Virus record (IMG/VR): IMGVR_UViG_3300025000_000055 | Reading direction: 5' to 3' (one strand) | DNA from: a virus | Lineage: Duplodnaviria; Caudoviricetes | Length of the DNA stretch: 64,000 nucleotides | Shown: piece by piece, positions 1 to 10,438 of the stretch | Layout of the letters: each line of letters opens with the position of its first letter | How positions within the stretch are numbered: the first letter of the stretch is position 1 | Translations under genes and position numbers: made by a program | The notes under the pieces: generated by a model | Told to the model about the DNA's origin: nothing | Database searches by the model: none | The model's input: the letters and a program-made list of their open reading frames with translations, nothing else

Positions 1-241
1 TTCTAGAAATTATGATTTTGAAACCCATTTAACAAAATAAAGTTCAACGACTATCCCATTGGTACTGAAATGGTACAATAGGAGTAGGGCTCAAGTGAGT
101 GGGTGAAATTCCCTTAAATCGAAATAGGAAACTCCATTATACTGATTATATAATGGATGAAGATATAGTCTAGTATCCTAATGAAAGTTAGGGAAGTTCA
201 TAAGAGAACTGCATAGATTAACGACCTATGTGAATATATCG
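1..241 (+). mobile_element. Group I intron A (3' part only) in the terminase large subunit gene
   Basis: R element GTTCAACGACTA (42-53), S element AAGATATAGTCT, and the family 3' tail ...GACCTATGTGAATATATCG ending in G241. The downstream frame resumes STQPVHLYDEVEF. Confidence 0.9.
2..40 (+). CDS. Probable C-terminal end of an intron-encoded HNH endonuclease (truncated by the window edge)
   Basis: Frame reads SRNYDFETHLTK* and stops immediately before AAAGTTCAACGAC. The HNH ORFs in introns F and K end at this same position, with similar tails (HISKDYTY*, HISKKYKIMIKK*). Confidence 0.45.
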   Translation, partial: SRNYDFETHLTK

Positions 242-1660
242 AGTACACAACCTGTGCATTTATACGACGAAGTTGAGTTTACATCCTATATTAAAACTAT
301 CATTGAGGCAGCGGCAATGGCGTTTAAAACAGCTTCTAAAAATGCAAAAAGAAATAATGCCCCTTATTGCCGTTCGTTCCTGAGCACACCTGGAGATCTC
401 GATACTAAAGCTGGACAAGAATGTATGGATATAATTAGTAAGACATATAGATGGACTGAAAAATTTTATGATATGAATATAGATGATGTTAAAGAAATTA
501 TAATAAATAATTCAGAAAATAGAATAGTTTATATTGAATACGATTATAAACAATTAGGAGAAGGTGAAGAATGGTTTAATGAATCTTGTGCAGTAATAGG
601 TAATAATCCATTAAAAATTAAGAGAGAATTATTATTACAAAGAATGAGAGGTTCTTCTAATTCTCCATTTGAACCAGAAGATTTAGAACTTATTAGAGAA
701 AAACAAGGTAAAATAATTGAAGAAATATTTATTAATAAATTATTTAGATTGGACATATATAAACCTTTAGTAAGAGATAGAATTTATTTTATATGTGTTG
801 ACGTTTCAAAAGGTTATGGTCAAGATAATTCAGCTGTAGTAATATTAGATCCATATGAACTCAAGCCCGTTGCAGAATTTGAATCACCGTATATAGGTGT
901 AACTCAATTAAAGAATTTTTTATATACACTTGTTAAGAAATATTTACCTAGAAGTATTTTATGTATTGAAAGAAATGAGAATGGTGAATCTATATTAGAT
1001 GGGTTAAGATATACTGATATAATGCATAATTTATATTTTGATAAAGATAAAGACCCTATTGCTTCACAATTAGATGATAGAATGGATAGTCAAGGATTTT
1101 TAAAACAAGAAGCTTTGAAACGTAAATTATATGGTGTATGGACTGGAACTAAATCAAGACAAGTAATGTTTAGTTTATTGGAAACACATATCGCAGAATA
1201 TAAAGATAATTTTATTTGTGCAAATATTATTAATGATTTATTTAAATTAGTCATGAAAAAGAATGGTAAGATTGAAGCTGAAAGTGGATTCCATGATGAT
1301 TCTATTATGGCATATTTAATAGGATTATATGTTTATTATCATGGTAATAATCTACATTATTTTGGTTTTGTTAAAGGTGAATTACCTGATGAAAAAACCC
1401 GAAATAAAGGATTATCGACATATGATGAAATAATGGAAGAAATGCCTGATGAAGAAAAACGATTTTTTGATGAGAGTTTTGGTTCTAAGACTATAGATGA
1501 TTATCAAAATCATGTAATAGAAGAACTAAAAAGAGTTCAAAGAGAACAAACTAATATGACTAATGCAAGTGGGATGTTTAAACCAACAACCTATGCTGAA
1601 CAATATGAAGATAATGAAATTGAAATACCATTAGACTTCTTTGATGAATTAAATAGTTAG
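242..1660 (+). CDS. terL: Terminase large subunit, 3' exon
   Basis: Walker B-like YDEVEF, STPG coupling motif, RNase H-like nuclease motifs CVDVSKGYGQDNSA and HDDSIMA. Lies upstream of the sheath and tube genes. Confidence 0.88.
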   Translation, partial: STQPVHLYDEVEFTSYIKTIIEAAAMAFKTASKNAKRNNAPYCRSFLSTPGDLDTKAGQECMDIISKTYRWTEKFYDMNIDDVKEIIINNSENRIVYIEYDYKQLGEGEEWFNESCAVIGNNPLKIKRELLLQRMRGSSNSPFEPEDLELIREKQGKIIEEIFINKLFRLDIYKPLVRDRIYFICVDVSKGYGQDNSAVVILDPYELKPVAEFESPYIGVTQLKNFLYTLVKKYLPRSILCIERNENGESILDGLRYTDIMHNLYFDKDKDPIASQLDDRMDSQGFLKQEALKRKLYGVWTGTKSRQVMFSLLETHIAEYKDNFICANIINDLFKLVMKKNGKIEAESGFHDDSIMAYLIGLYVYYHGNNLHYFGFVKGELPDEKTRNKGLSTYDEIMEEMPDEEKRFFDESFGSKTIDDYQNHVIEELKRVQREQTNMTNASGMFKPTTYAEQYEDNEIEIPLDFFDELNS

Positions 1661-1750
1661 TTATAAAATAATATAATGTATATTAATATACATTATATTA
1701 TTTTTTTACTATTATACTAACAATGTTTTAATTATGAATAAAAAAGGAGA

Positions 1751-2533
1751 GTGAAAAAGTTGCTATTTGATGATGAAGAATATATGAGAACTAGTGATTT
1801 AGATATAGAATTACTATTAGCAGAATTACCGTTTAATTTAACAAGAGAAAATATAATTGAACAAATAAATGACCCAATTTCAATTCAAGTTAATTATATA
1901 ACTACGTTATTGGATAAATGTGATATTGTTAAAAATCAATTTGTTGATAACTCTGAAGTTATTAAAGAAATTGATACAAATTTGCGTTCAATATTCGAAC
2001 TTATTTTAAGAGAAATGAATGAAAAATTTAGATTGGGTGTAAGTGTAAATGAAAGTGATGATGATATTATTAAATTGGGTGAAGCCTTATACACATATTT
2101 AATTTTAAGATATAAAAAAAATGTTAGTCGATTTATATATAGATACATTTTAAAAAATAAAAAAGAGTTTATTGAAAAATTTGATACAACTAAGAAAAAA
2201 GATATTACATCATTGGCATTAAAGAAACAATTTAAAAATAAAGATGATATAATTCTAATCACATCATTACCTAAAATTATAAAACATATTATGGGTCTTG
2301 ATATAGAACCAATAGATTTTTTAGATATTATTTCAAAAGGTGAACACTATGAGGCTTCTATTATTAAGGAAGCTATTTTATCAGGACAGATTATAGGTAA
2401 TTTTATACCAAGATATTTTTATTTAATGATTGACGAATATGAACATGTTATGGATGAGATTCAAACAGATATAAAATTAAAGTTAATAAATAAAATAAAA
2501 AGTAATGAAGGGAAGAGGATGAAAAATGAATAA
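1751..2533 (+). CDS. Hypothetical protein (late gene)
   Basis: 260-aa ORF with AAGGAG RBS and an AACA-N6-TA motif at 1719-1730. Confidence 0.75.
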   Translation: MKKLLFDDEEYMRTSDLDIELLLAELPFNLTRENIIEQINDPISIQVNYITTLLDKCDIVKNQFVDNSEVIKEIDTNLRSIFELILREMNEKFRLGVSVNESDDDIIKLGEALYTYLILRYKKNVSRFIYRYILKNKKEFIEKFDTTKKKDITSLALKKQFKNKDDIILITSLPKIIKHIMGLDIEPIDFLDIISKGEHYEASIIKEAILSGQIIGNFIPRYFYLMIDEYEHVMDEIQTDIKLKLINKIKSNEGKRMKNE

Positions 2534-3497
2534 TCCAGTACAAAAAATTAATCAATTAGAATGTGGTGTTGATGATATTATGTTTACTAAGAATAATGAA
2601 TTTGGTAATGACGGTAAAATTTTAAAAATGTTAAGAATAAAATCTAAATTAGAAGAAGTTACTAATATGAAAAATAAAATTAATGAGCAGCAAAATAAAT
2701 TTATTGATAATGAAGATGTGATAAATATTTTAGATGAGCGTACTAAAAATATAACTGTCTTTGGAATAAAAAGATTAACAAATAAACAAATAGAAGAAAT
2801 TTATACTATTAATAATGAAAAAGTTGAATTGCTTATTGAAACTGATAGTGAAGAAAGAAAGATTAGTTTCATGAGGGACTTTTTAATATTCAAAAAAGAA
2901 AGTTCTGTCGCATTAAAACAAATAGATGATTCTATGGAAAAATTAGAAAAAGAGTTAAAAGAAAATGAAAAGCAACTTAATAAGATTATTGAAGAATGCG
3001 GTGATATTAACTCACTTATTAAAAATCGTCTTATTAATAATATTAATAATTCAGCTAATGAAAATATTAAAAAACGTAACACTGAAATTCTTAAAAATTT
3101 TAATGATGCATTGACATTAAATATAATTTTTGAACACTATAGAAACCAAAATATTTTAAATACTTTGCATGATTATAAAATGAGATCCGAAGCTATATAT
3201 AAAAATTATGTTAAAACTTGTAAACAACTAGGTATTAAATCAGATATAACTGTTTTTGATGGTTTAGAAAAATTCTTACCTGAAAAATATCATACTTATC
3301 CCAATTTATTCTTATTTTCAATTATTAAGTATTTTGCTTATAAGAAGAACAATTGTGATAAACATATTGAAGGTATTTTCTTATCTCAATTCCTAGTAAA
3401 TGTACAAAATCTTTTCTGTGACAAATTTAAAGATAAAGGAGAAAAACAAATATTTATTGAAGCTATTATGAAAGTACTAGATTTATTTTATTCATAA
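2526..3497 (+). CDS. Hypothetical coiled-coil-rich protein
   Basis: 323-aa ORF overlapping the upstream stop codon. Confidence 0.75.
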   Translation: MNNPVQKINQLECGVDDIMFTKNNEFGNDGKILKMLRIKSKLEEVTNMKNKINEQQNKFIDNEDVINILDERTKNITVFGIKRLTNKQIEEIYTINNEKVELLIETDSEERKISFMRDFLIFKKESSVALKQIDDSMEKLEKELKENEKQLNKIIEECGDINSLIKNRLINNINNSANENIKKRNTEILKNFNDALTLNIIFEHYRNQNILNTLHDYKMRSEAIYKNYVKTCKQLGIKSDITVFDGLEKFLPEKYHTYPNLFLFSIIKYFAYKKNNCDKHIEGIFLSQFLVNVQNLFCDKFKDKGEKQIFIEAIMKVLDLFYS

Positions 3498-3575
3498 AAA
3501 CATTAGGATAAGGTTGTGAATTTTAAATTCACTTCCTTATCCTAATTTTATTTTTTAAAGGTAGGTGTAAATAAA

Positions 3576-4310
3576 TTGATTGAAAATTTTTTAAGTGATA
3601 ATGGTACAGACATAATATTTAATGGGGAACAATTAGAAGCTTACATACCAGAATTTTATTTTAAAAATAATAAATTAGGTGAGCAATTAGGTTCATCTTT
3701 AAAAGTTTTTGGTTTATTCAACATTAGAATGATTAATAAAGGTAAACCGTCTAAACTTGAGACTTTTATTCTACCATCAATGATTATGGTGTTCCCTTCA
3801 ACAATTGAATATAAGAAATTAAAATTAATAGATGAACAGGAAGAAGAAGAATGTTATATGGTATTAAATTTCTTTAAAGGTGGAAAGATTACACCTAATA
3901 GTGTTTCACAAGATGCAACTAATGTGGAATTATTTTTAGATCTTATATGTGGTGGGAAATTACCAGAAACTATTCCTTATAACCAAATAATTCAAATATG
4001 GCAAAAGAATTTAAATCTGAATAATATTAATTTGAACGTAACATCAACTGTATTAGAAGTTATTGTAAGCGAAATTTATCGTAATAAAAAAAAACCAGAA
4101 GAAACATTTGCTAAATTATGGGGAAGAAATCCTAATATATCGCAATATGAATATAAACGAGCGAATATTAGAGAAATTTGTGCTAGAAATTCTACTTTTG
4201 CTGCATTAACATATGAGGATATGGATGCTATGATAACATCTTCTCTTAACATTAGGAACTATAATAGGGAAGAAACTGAATCTCCTATAGAAAAAATAAT
4301 AAAGATGTAA
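3576..4310 (+). CDS. Hypothetical protein, probably virion-associated
   Basis: 244-aa ORF with RBS and late-promoter motif at 3499-3510, directly upstream of the tail sheath gene. Confidence 0.7.
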   Translation: MIENFLSDNGTDIIFNGEQLEAYIPEFYFKNNKLGEQLGSSLKVFGLFNIRMINKGKPSKLETFILPSMIMVFPSTIEYKKLKLIDEQEEEECYMVLNFFKGGKITPNSVSQDATNVELFLDLICGGKLPETIPYNQIIQIWQKNLNLNNINLNVTSTVLEVIVSEIYRNKKKPEETFAKLWGRNPNISQYEYKRANIREICARNSTFAALTYEDMDAMITSSLNIRNYNREETESPIEKIIKM

Positions 4311-4321
4311 TAATCAATGAG

Positions 4322-4333
4322 AACAATTAAATA
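4322..4333 (+). promoter_or_regulatory. AR9-type late promoter motif AACA-N6-TA (representative copy)
   Basis: Upstream of the sheath gene. Also on + at 1719, 3499, 12999, 55637, 60036 and 62441, and on - at 12929, 34035, 46836, 49760, 52335, 55621 and 59953. Confidence 0.65.
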
Positions 4334-4360
4334 AAAAAATTCACAAGGAGGTTGAATACA

Positions 4361-6202
4361 TTGCCTGCAATCGGACAAATCATTCCTAAATATACACATC
4401 CTCATTCCGAAACATATATAAATGATAATACTATATTTGAGGAAATAGTTTCCGAACCAGAAAGTGGTGTGCGTTTTATTAACGTATTCACCTCGTCCAA
4501 AGGACGAGATGGTGTTGTTTTAAAAAAAACAAAACACACTGATTTTATTGAAGAATATGGTAATCCAAATTATAAACTATTTGCTCAACCCGGTTATATG
4601 CCATATGCAGCATTAAAAACGTTTCAGGCTGAATGTCATTGCATGAGAGTGATGCCGGATGATGCATCTTATTCTAATGCTATAATTATAGCTAAGATTA
4701 AAGTTGATACGACTGTGGTTGGTAGTCCTAAATTACTTATTAGACACCAATCTGTATTTCTTACAAACTTTACAGATAAGACTGAATTTTCAGTTAATGT
4801 TGAGTTATTAAAAGATACTGACCCGGATGAAGATGGATGGTTAACATTTCCTTTATTCGGTGCATATGTGTTGGGTAGAGGTATTTATGGTGACACAACA
4901 AGACTAAGACTGAGTGCATCACCACAAGCTGATTTAGAAAATGGATATAAAAATTATCGTTTTGAGGTTCTTGATAGTGAAGGTGGATTAACACGTAAAG
5001 AACTTTTTACTGGTAGTTTATATACTGATGCTATTATTAGTTCAAATACTCTTTATATTGAGGAATTAATCAATGACTCTGACGGTAGTACTAAAATTGG
5101 TTTTTATGTATCTGAAAATTCTCTTAATGAAATTCTTACTATTTATAATGAACAAGTTGCAGATGAAGATGCTCAATTAACATTACAAACATTTGATATT
5201 ATTACAGCTCGTAGTATGATAGCCACTACTTTAACTGATATTGTGATTTCAAATACTGCCAGCGATGTTTCTTTAGATAGAGTTGAGGGTATTTTATTTT
5301 CTGGTGGAAACGATGGTTCCTTTTCAGTTAGTGGTGATGCTGGTGTAAGAGAAACGGCTATTGATACTGCTTACATCAAAGCATTCACGGAAGATAAAGT
5401 TCTTTTAAGTAAGAGAAGAACTCCGGCAGATTTAATTCTTGATGCAGGTTATTCTGATGATGTTAAACGTGCTCTTATCAGTTTTATTACTAATAGATAT
5501 GATGCATATGGTTTTATTGATGGTGGTATACTTGAAACACCATCTGATGCTATCACATGGGCTGAATCTATGACATCTTTAGCAGATAGAGTATTTTCTA
5601 AAGAATGTAACCATTACTATATAAAAGATCCATTTTCTGGTAAATCTATACCTATGACGATAACATATTTCTATGCCGGACAGTTACCACTTCACTTTAA
5701 AACTAATGGAAACAACACTCCATTTCAAGGTGAAACATATGCTAAACTTACTGGCTTTGTTAAGAATTCTTTGAAACCAATTATTGATGCTGACGATAAT
5801 GATATTAAAGAAACGCTTTATAATCTTAGAGTAAATTATTTTGAGTGTATTGCAGAAAATACATTTATAAGGGGGGTTCAAGGCACATCGCAAAATGTTT
5901 GGTCTGATTTATCAGAAGAACACAACATGCATGTGCTATTGGAACTAAAAAGAAAAGTTGAGGCGTTAGTCGCATCAAAATCATATAATTTTGCTGAAAA
6001 AGAAGACAGGATTGAATTTACAGAAACAGCTGAACGTATTTTTGGACCATATCGTGGGAAAAAAGTAAGAGAAATTTCAGTGTATTTTGATATGAGTCCA
6101 TTTGAAGAAGAAAGAAGTATTTTACATTGTTACATGGAGATTATATATAAGACAATAGCTAAGCGGGGCATTATTGAAATTGATATTAATAAACGTGTTT
6201 AA
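4361..6202 (+). CDS. Contractile tail sheath protein
   Basis: About 613 aa. GGNDG motif and a sheath-like C-terminal domain (LYNLRVNYF...LSEEHNMHVLLELKR...IIEIDINKRV). Followed by the tube gene. TTG 4361 chosen as start from AAGGAGG spacing (ORF track starts at 4352). Confidence 0.85.
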   Translation: MPAIGQIIPKYTHPHSETYINDNTIFEEIVSEPESGVRFINVFTSSKGRDGVVLKKTKHTDFIEEYGNPNYKLFAQPGYMPYAALKTFQAECHCMRVMPDDASYSNAIIIAKIKVDTTVVGSPKLLIRHQSVFLTNFTDKTEFSVNVELLKDTDPDEDGWLTFPLFGAYVLGRGIYGDTTRLRLSASPQADLENGYKNYRFEVLDSEGGLTRKELFTGSLYTDAIISSNTLYIEELINDSDGSTKIGFYVSENSLNEILTIYNEQVADEDAQLTLQTFDIITARSMIATTLTDIVISNTASDVSLDRVEGILFSGGNDGSFSVSGDAGVRETAIDTAYIKAFTEDKVLLSKRRTPADLILDAGYSDDVKRALISFITNRYDAYGFIDGGILETPSDAITWAESMTSLADRVFSKECNHYYIKDPFSGKSIPMTITYFYAGQLPLHFKTNGNNTPFQGETYAKLTGFVKNSLKPIIDADDNDIKETLYNLRVNYFECIAENTFIRGVQGTSQNVWSDLSEEHNMHVLLELKRKVEALVASKSYNFAEKEDRIEFTETAERIFGPYRGKKVREISVYFDMSPFEEERSILHCYMEIIYKTIAKRGIIEIDINKRV

Positions 6203-6236
6203 AAAATAATAAAAAATAACAAGGGAGTGATTATAT

Positions 6237-7058
6237 ATGGCCGATGTTAGTACTCTTCAATCCAATATTAAAAGCAATACTAAAGATATGACCCTATATT
6301 CCCTATTTTTAGGTGGATTAAATGTAACTTCTAAAGCATTAGCGCAGTACGATCCATTAAAAACTGGTTATGCTAGAATATTTTTTACAAAAATGCCACC
6401 TTTTATGAAAACTATTGTACCTGAAAAAACGAAACAATTTAAACATTTACTCGAATATGGTTTTGTTGGGGTTGATGGTCTGCAAAACATTACTTTAGAA
6501 TTTGAACAAGTTGGTGGTGGATATGCCGGTAGACAATTCGAAATTCCAACAGTAGCTAAAGATGAAACTAACAGTCTTACTGTTAAAGTTTATGAAATGG
6601 CAGGTTCACCTGTTCGAGATTATGTTGATATGTGGATTTCAGGTATTTCAGATCCATATACTGGCCTTGGTCATTATCACGGAGCATTAGATATAGCTAA
6701 TGCAGGTCTATCATATTCTCAAGTAAACCATTCAGCGGAAGCATTTTATGTTGAAACTGATCCAACTGGTCGTAGTACTGGTATTGAGTATGCTTGCCTT
6801 TTAACCAATTTGGTTCCTAAAGTTGTAAAACTTGATCATTTTAATTACGAGGCCGGTAATCATCCAATTGTTCAAACAGATATTGAATTTACTGCAACTA
6901 AATATCAATCACCACAGATTAATGATATTGCGGTAGCATTAATTGCTAAATATAAAATTCTTAGAGATTACCTTAAATTTGATTCTCAGTATACCACTAC
7001 TGATATTGACAATATGACAGTACCAAATATTAGTGATTGGGGTTCTTCTGCAACTTAA
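6237..7058 (+). CDS. Tail tube protein
   Basis: 273 aa, immediately after the sheath gene. Tube-like pattern (YEMAGSPVRDYVDMWISGISDPYTG...HFNYEAG). Confidence 0.7.
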   Translation: MADVSTLQSNIKSNTKDMTLYSLFLGGLNVTSKALAQYDPLKTGYARIFFTKMPPFMKTIVPEKTKQFKHLLEYGFVGVDGLQNITLEFEQVGGGYAGRQFEIPTVAKDETNSLTVKVYEMAGSPVRDYVDMWISGISDPYTGLGHYHGALDIANAGLSYSQVNHSAEAFYVETDPTGRSTGIEYACLLTNLVPKVVKLDHFNYEAGNHPIVQTDIEFTATKYQSPQINDIAVALIAKYKILRDYLKFDSQYTTTDIDNMTVPNISDWGSSAT

Positions 7059-7065
7059 AAATAAA

Positions 7066-7099
7066 TATGTCTATACTGATTAATTTCAGTATAGACATA
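7066..7099. terminator. Bidirectional intrinsic terminator
   Basis: 14-bp perfect stem TATGTCTATACTGA/TCAGTATAGACATA between the convergent tube and portal genes. Confidence 0.75.
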
Positions 7100-7102
7100 A
7101 AT

Positions 7103-9729
7103 TTATTGTTCAGTTGAACTATCATCAGGATTTTCTGTTAAAATTTTCTGATATTCTAATTTAGCATCTTCTACAGCTGTATCAAACATCCTCCAAGGTA
7201 ACATTGGTAAAATTTCTCTAGTTGCCTTATTCATAATTAAATCTTTAATTTTATTATCCTTATCTGTTGGAGAAGCATTTTCTCCCGATACTATTTTAAG
7301 CATAAATGCTAGCAATTGATCTGCATTTGAAATTAAATCACTCATATTCATAGTATTTAGTGCTTTAGGTAAATTTAAACTATATACAAATGTTTCAATT
7401 ATTTCTTTAGGTATTTCTGTACCAGAAAATTTCATTATTTTTTTATAGAATTCAGTTATATTAGGGTTAAAATCAAGTTGATCACTTACAACTCTCCCTG
7501 TAAATTTGGCATTAGCCATGACAAGAGTCTTTGCATACGGTATATTCACATAGGTCGTTAATCTATGCAGTTCTCTTATGAACTTCCCTAACTTTCATTA
7601 GGATACTAGACTATATCTTCATCTTTTATTAAGTTAATTAATCCTAATAAAAGAGCTCTCCATTTCGATTTAAGGGATTTTCACCCACCTACTTAGGCCC
7701 TACTCCTATTGATCATTTCAGATCCAAAGGGATAGTCGTTGAACTTTATTCCTTATTATATAAGGAATCTTAGCTGCGGATCACCTAATCTTAAACATTA
7801 TTACCTTACTCAGGTTAATTACTCCTGACCACTATATCATTGCTAATATAGTTTGGTAGTTTAAGATTTAAAGACTTCCCCGACAATTAAAAGAGAATTG
7901 GTATTATAGATCACTCTATAACCTGACTAATAATTATCAGCTTCATTGATATAATTCATTATTACAGATGGGACACCAGTACCATTAATGTAAGATGTTT
8001 TTAACATCTCCATTAAATCAGTATTTAATTGTATATCCTGACCTGCCAATATATCAAACTCTATTCCTTTTTCACCAGTTCTACCTACAGGTACAAAAAC
8101 ACCTTTAGCATGACCAATTTTAGATACCATTGTATTATAATTTAATAAATCCATAAAATTTATATCTCTTTCTTTAAGAGTTCTAGCTACATCTTGTAAT
8201 TTATTAATAATATTTGTATCTATACCAGAATTTTTAATATAATTAATTCTAGTATCGTTAGATTTACTAATAATAGAAACCATCTTAAATATTAAAAGAG
8301 CTAAATATAATTTAGCATAAAATAATGACTTCATTAGTATACTAGTTCCTTCACCATCTTCATTTTCATTAACAGTGAATTCAGTTATATAATCAACTGG
8401 TATAAATTGAAATTTTATTTTCTTTTTATATAGTTCATTATAAGATAAGCAATTGAATATTAATTCTTTAAATTTAATATTTTCTTCTAAGTATTTTTTA
8501 TTAAATGATTTAACGATTTTTTCAGTTAGTTTAGTTAAAAACATATTTTCAAGTTCGGGTGTATTAAGATTAACAGTATTAATTCGTATTGTATTAATAA
8601 ATGGGGATTTACTAATAGGTGAAGCTTCATGTATATAATAGTATCCTATAACATGATCCATTATTTTAACAGGTATGATCTTTTTAGGACTAATTAATTT
8701 AATAAAACAATCCGTTATATTATCAAAATTATTAGTCTTATCTTTTTCTGTAGATATAGTTGCATCATTAAAAAATGTTGAAAATGAATTAGTTTTATTT
8801 TTAGATTTATTACTATTTTTAATAGCATCTTCAACATCTTTTTTAAATTTTTCATCAGTAATAAGTTCCGATACATCAACACCTTCTAGTATAGGTATAT
8901 GTACAATATCATTTTCGACTTCAATATCTTTAACTAAATCTTTTATTTCTTTTTTTAATATTGAGGAAACCGATTTAATTTGCCCGTCATCTTTTAATTC
9001 TCTTATAAAATTATCATCAATATTTTCAGTTATAGAAATTGTTTTTAATTCTCTTACCTTTTTATCATAGAAATTTTCAAATAATTTTGAATAAGGTACA
9101 GTGTAAACATAATATTTACCGTATTGAAGAGTTTTCGGTATAATATGATTTTTCAATTTACTTGATAATTTAAATTTAGTCTCTAAATTTTCTATTAATG
9201 ATATATAACTCTGTTTATCTTCTTCACTACAATTAGAACTTTTAAATTGTAAATTTCTTGATATAGATTGAGTAACATCATCAGCTGTTACTATCGCATC
9301 TCTAGTTGCATTAACAGCTTCTTCTAGCTCAAATAGATGACTACAAATTAAATCAAGGTCTTCATACAAAAGATTTTGATTTCTATATCTTTCATTAAAA
9401 AATTGAAATACAGCATTGTCTTCTGATGAAAATATATCTTCAATTTTTTTTATATTTGAAAATTGTTGACTCTCATAATCATTAAATAGTTTTACTAGAA
9501 AAGTTGATATGTCATCTCCACCAAAATCAGTTAATTTTTTTATCTCCTGAAAAATAACATCATCAACCTGATCTGATAATTTTTTAATTTCTTTCTCTCT
9601 TTTAGTATCACTTGCATTAGTATTAAAAGAAATTTTATCCAATACATCATTAAATAAAGCATTTAATTTTATCAACGGTCTTTCTATTTTTTTAACAATT
9701 ACTCTTTTAGTTTGTTTCTCAGCACTCAT
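7103..9729 (-). CDS. Portal protein, spliced (exons 9729-7936 and 7537-7103)
   Basis: Removing intron B joins ...NYINEAD|YAKTLVMANAKF... in frame (about 742 aa). Size, GVPSV motif and position near the head/tail genes fit a jumbo-phage portal. Confidence 0.7.
7538..7935 (-). mobile_element. Group I intron B (398 nt, no ORF)
   Basis: P (AATTGTCGGGAAG), Q (GATCCGCAGC), R (GTTCAACGACTA) and S (AAGATATAGTCT) elements. P1 is CTGAT|...GTCAG with a U.G pair. Terminal G at 7538. Confidence 0.92.
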
Positions 9730-9787
9730 TTATATTATTCACTTCCTTCGGTATTTTTTATTTAAAAAATACTAGAATAATAATATT

Positions 9788-10435
9788 CTAGTATTTAATA
9801 CACATGTATCTGTGAAATAAATTAAAGTATTCGGTTTCAAAAATTATTAAACTTTCAAATAAATTACTATTATTTATATCTTTAAAACTAATACTGATAT
9901 TATTACTTTTTTTCAATAACGGTATTAGTTTATTTGCTAATCTTACTTTATAATCATTCATTGAAAAAGTAACAATATTTTTAGCATTTAGCTTTTCTAT
10001 TATATCATATGATATTATCTTTTTATCAATATTATCAAAATCATTTATTTTATTTATAGCTAATTTATACAGATCATATAATTCTTTTGTTATAGACTTA
10101 ATATTAATTATTCTACCTATTTGAAAGCTATTTTCATCTTTATCATCTGTTAAAAATAAAGTATTATTTAAATAATTTATATGTTTTATACTCTTTTTAT
10201 TCTTACTAATAACTTTAAATACATCATTGGAACTTATACAAAATATTTGATCATTTTCAATATTAAATATAGGTGTAAATACTTTACCAAAATGTTCTCC
10301 ATAACTCAAATGTTTGTTATCGATAGTGAATATTATAGTACCATCAGAAAATAAAAGATATTCTGTAGATAATTTTTTAGCCAATTGATTAAAATCATTT
10401 AATTTTTTTACTTCAAATTTATACATATATTTCAT
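9788..10435 (-). CDS. Hypothetical protein
   Basis: 215-aa ORF between the DNA polymerase and portal genes, with AAGG RBS. Confidence 0.7.
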   Translation of the reverse strand: MKYMYKFEVKKLNDFNQLAKKLSTEYLLFSDGTIIFTIDNKHLSYGEHFGKVFTPIFNIENDQIFCISSNDVFKVISKNKKSIKHINYLNNTLFLTDDKDENSFQIGRIINIKSITKELYDLYKLAINKINDFDNIDKKIISYDIIEKLNAKNIVTFSMNDYKVRLANKLIPLLKKSNNISISFKDINNSNLFESLIIFETEYFNLFHRYMCIKY

Positions 10436-10438
10436 CCT

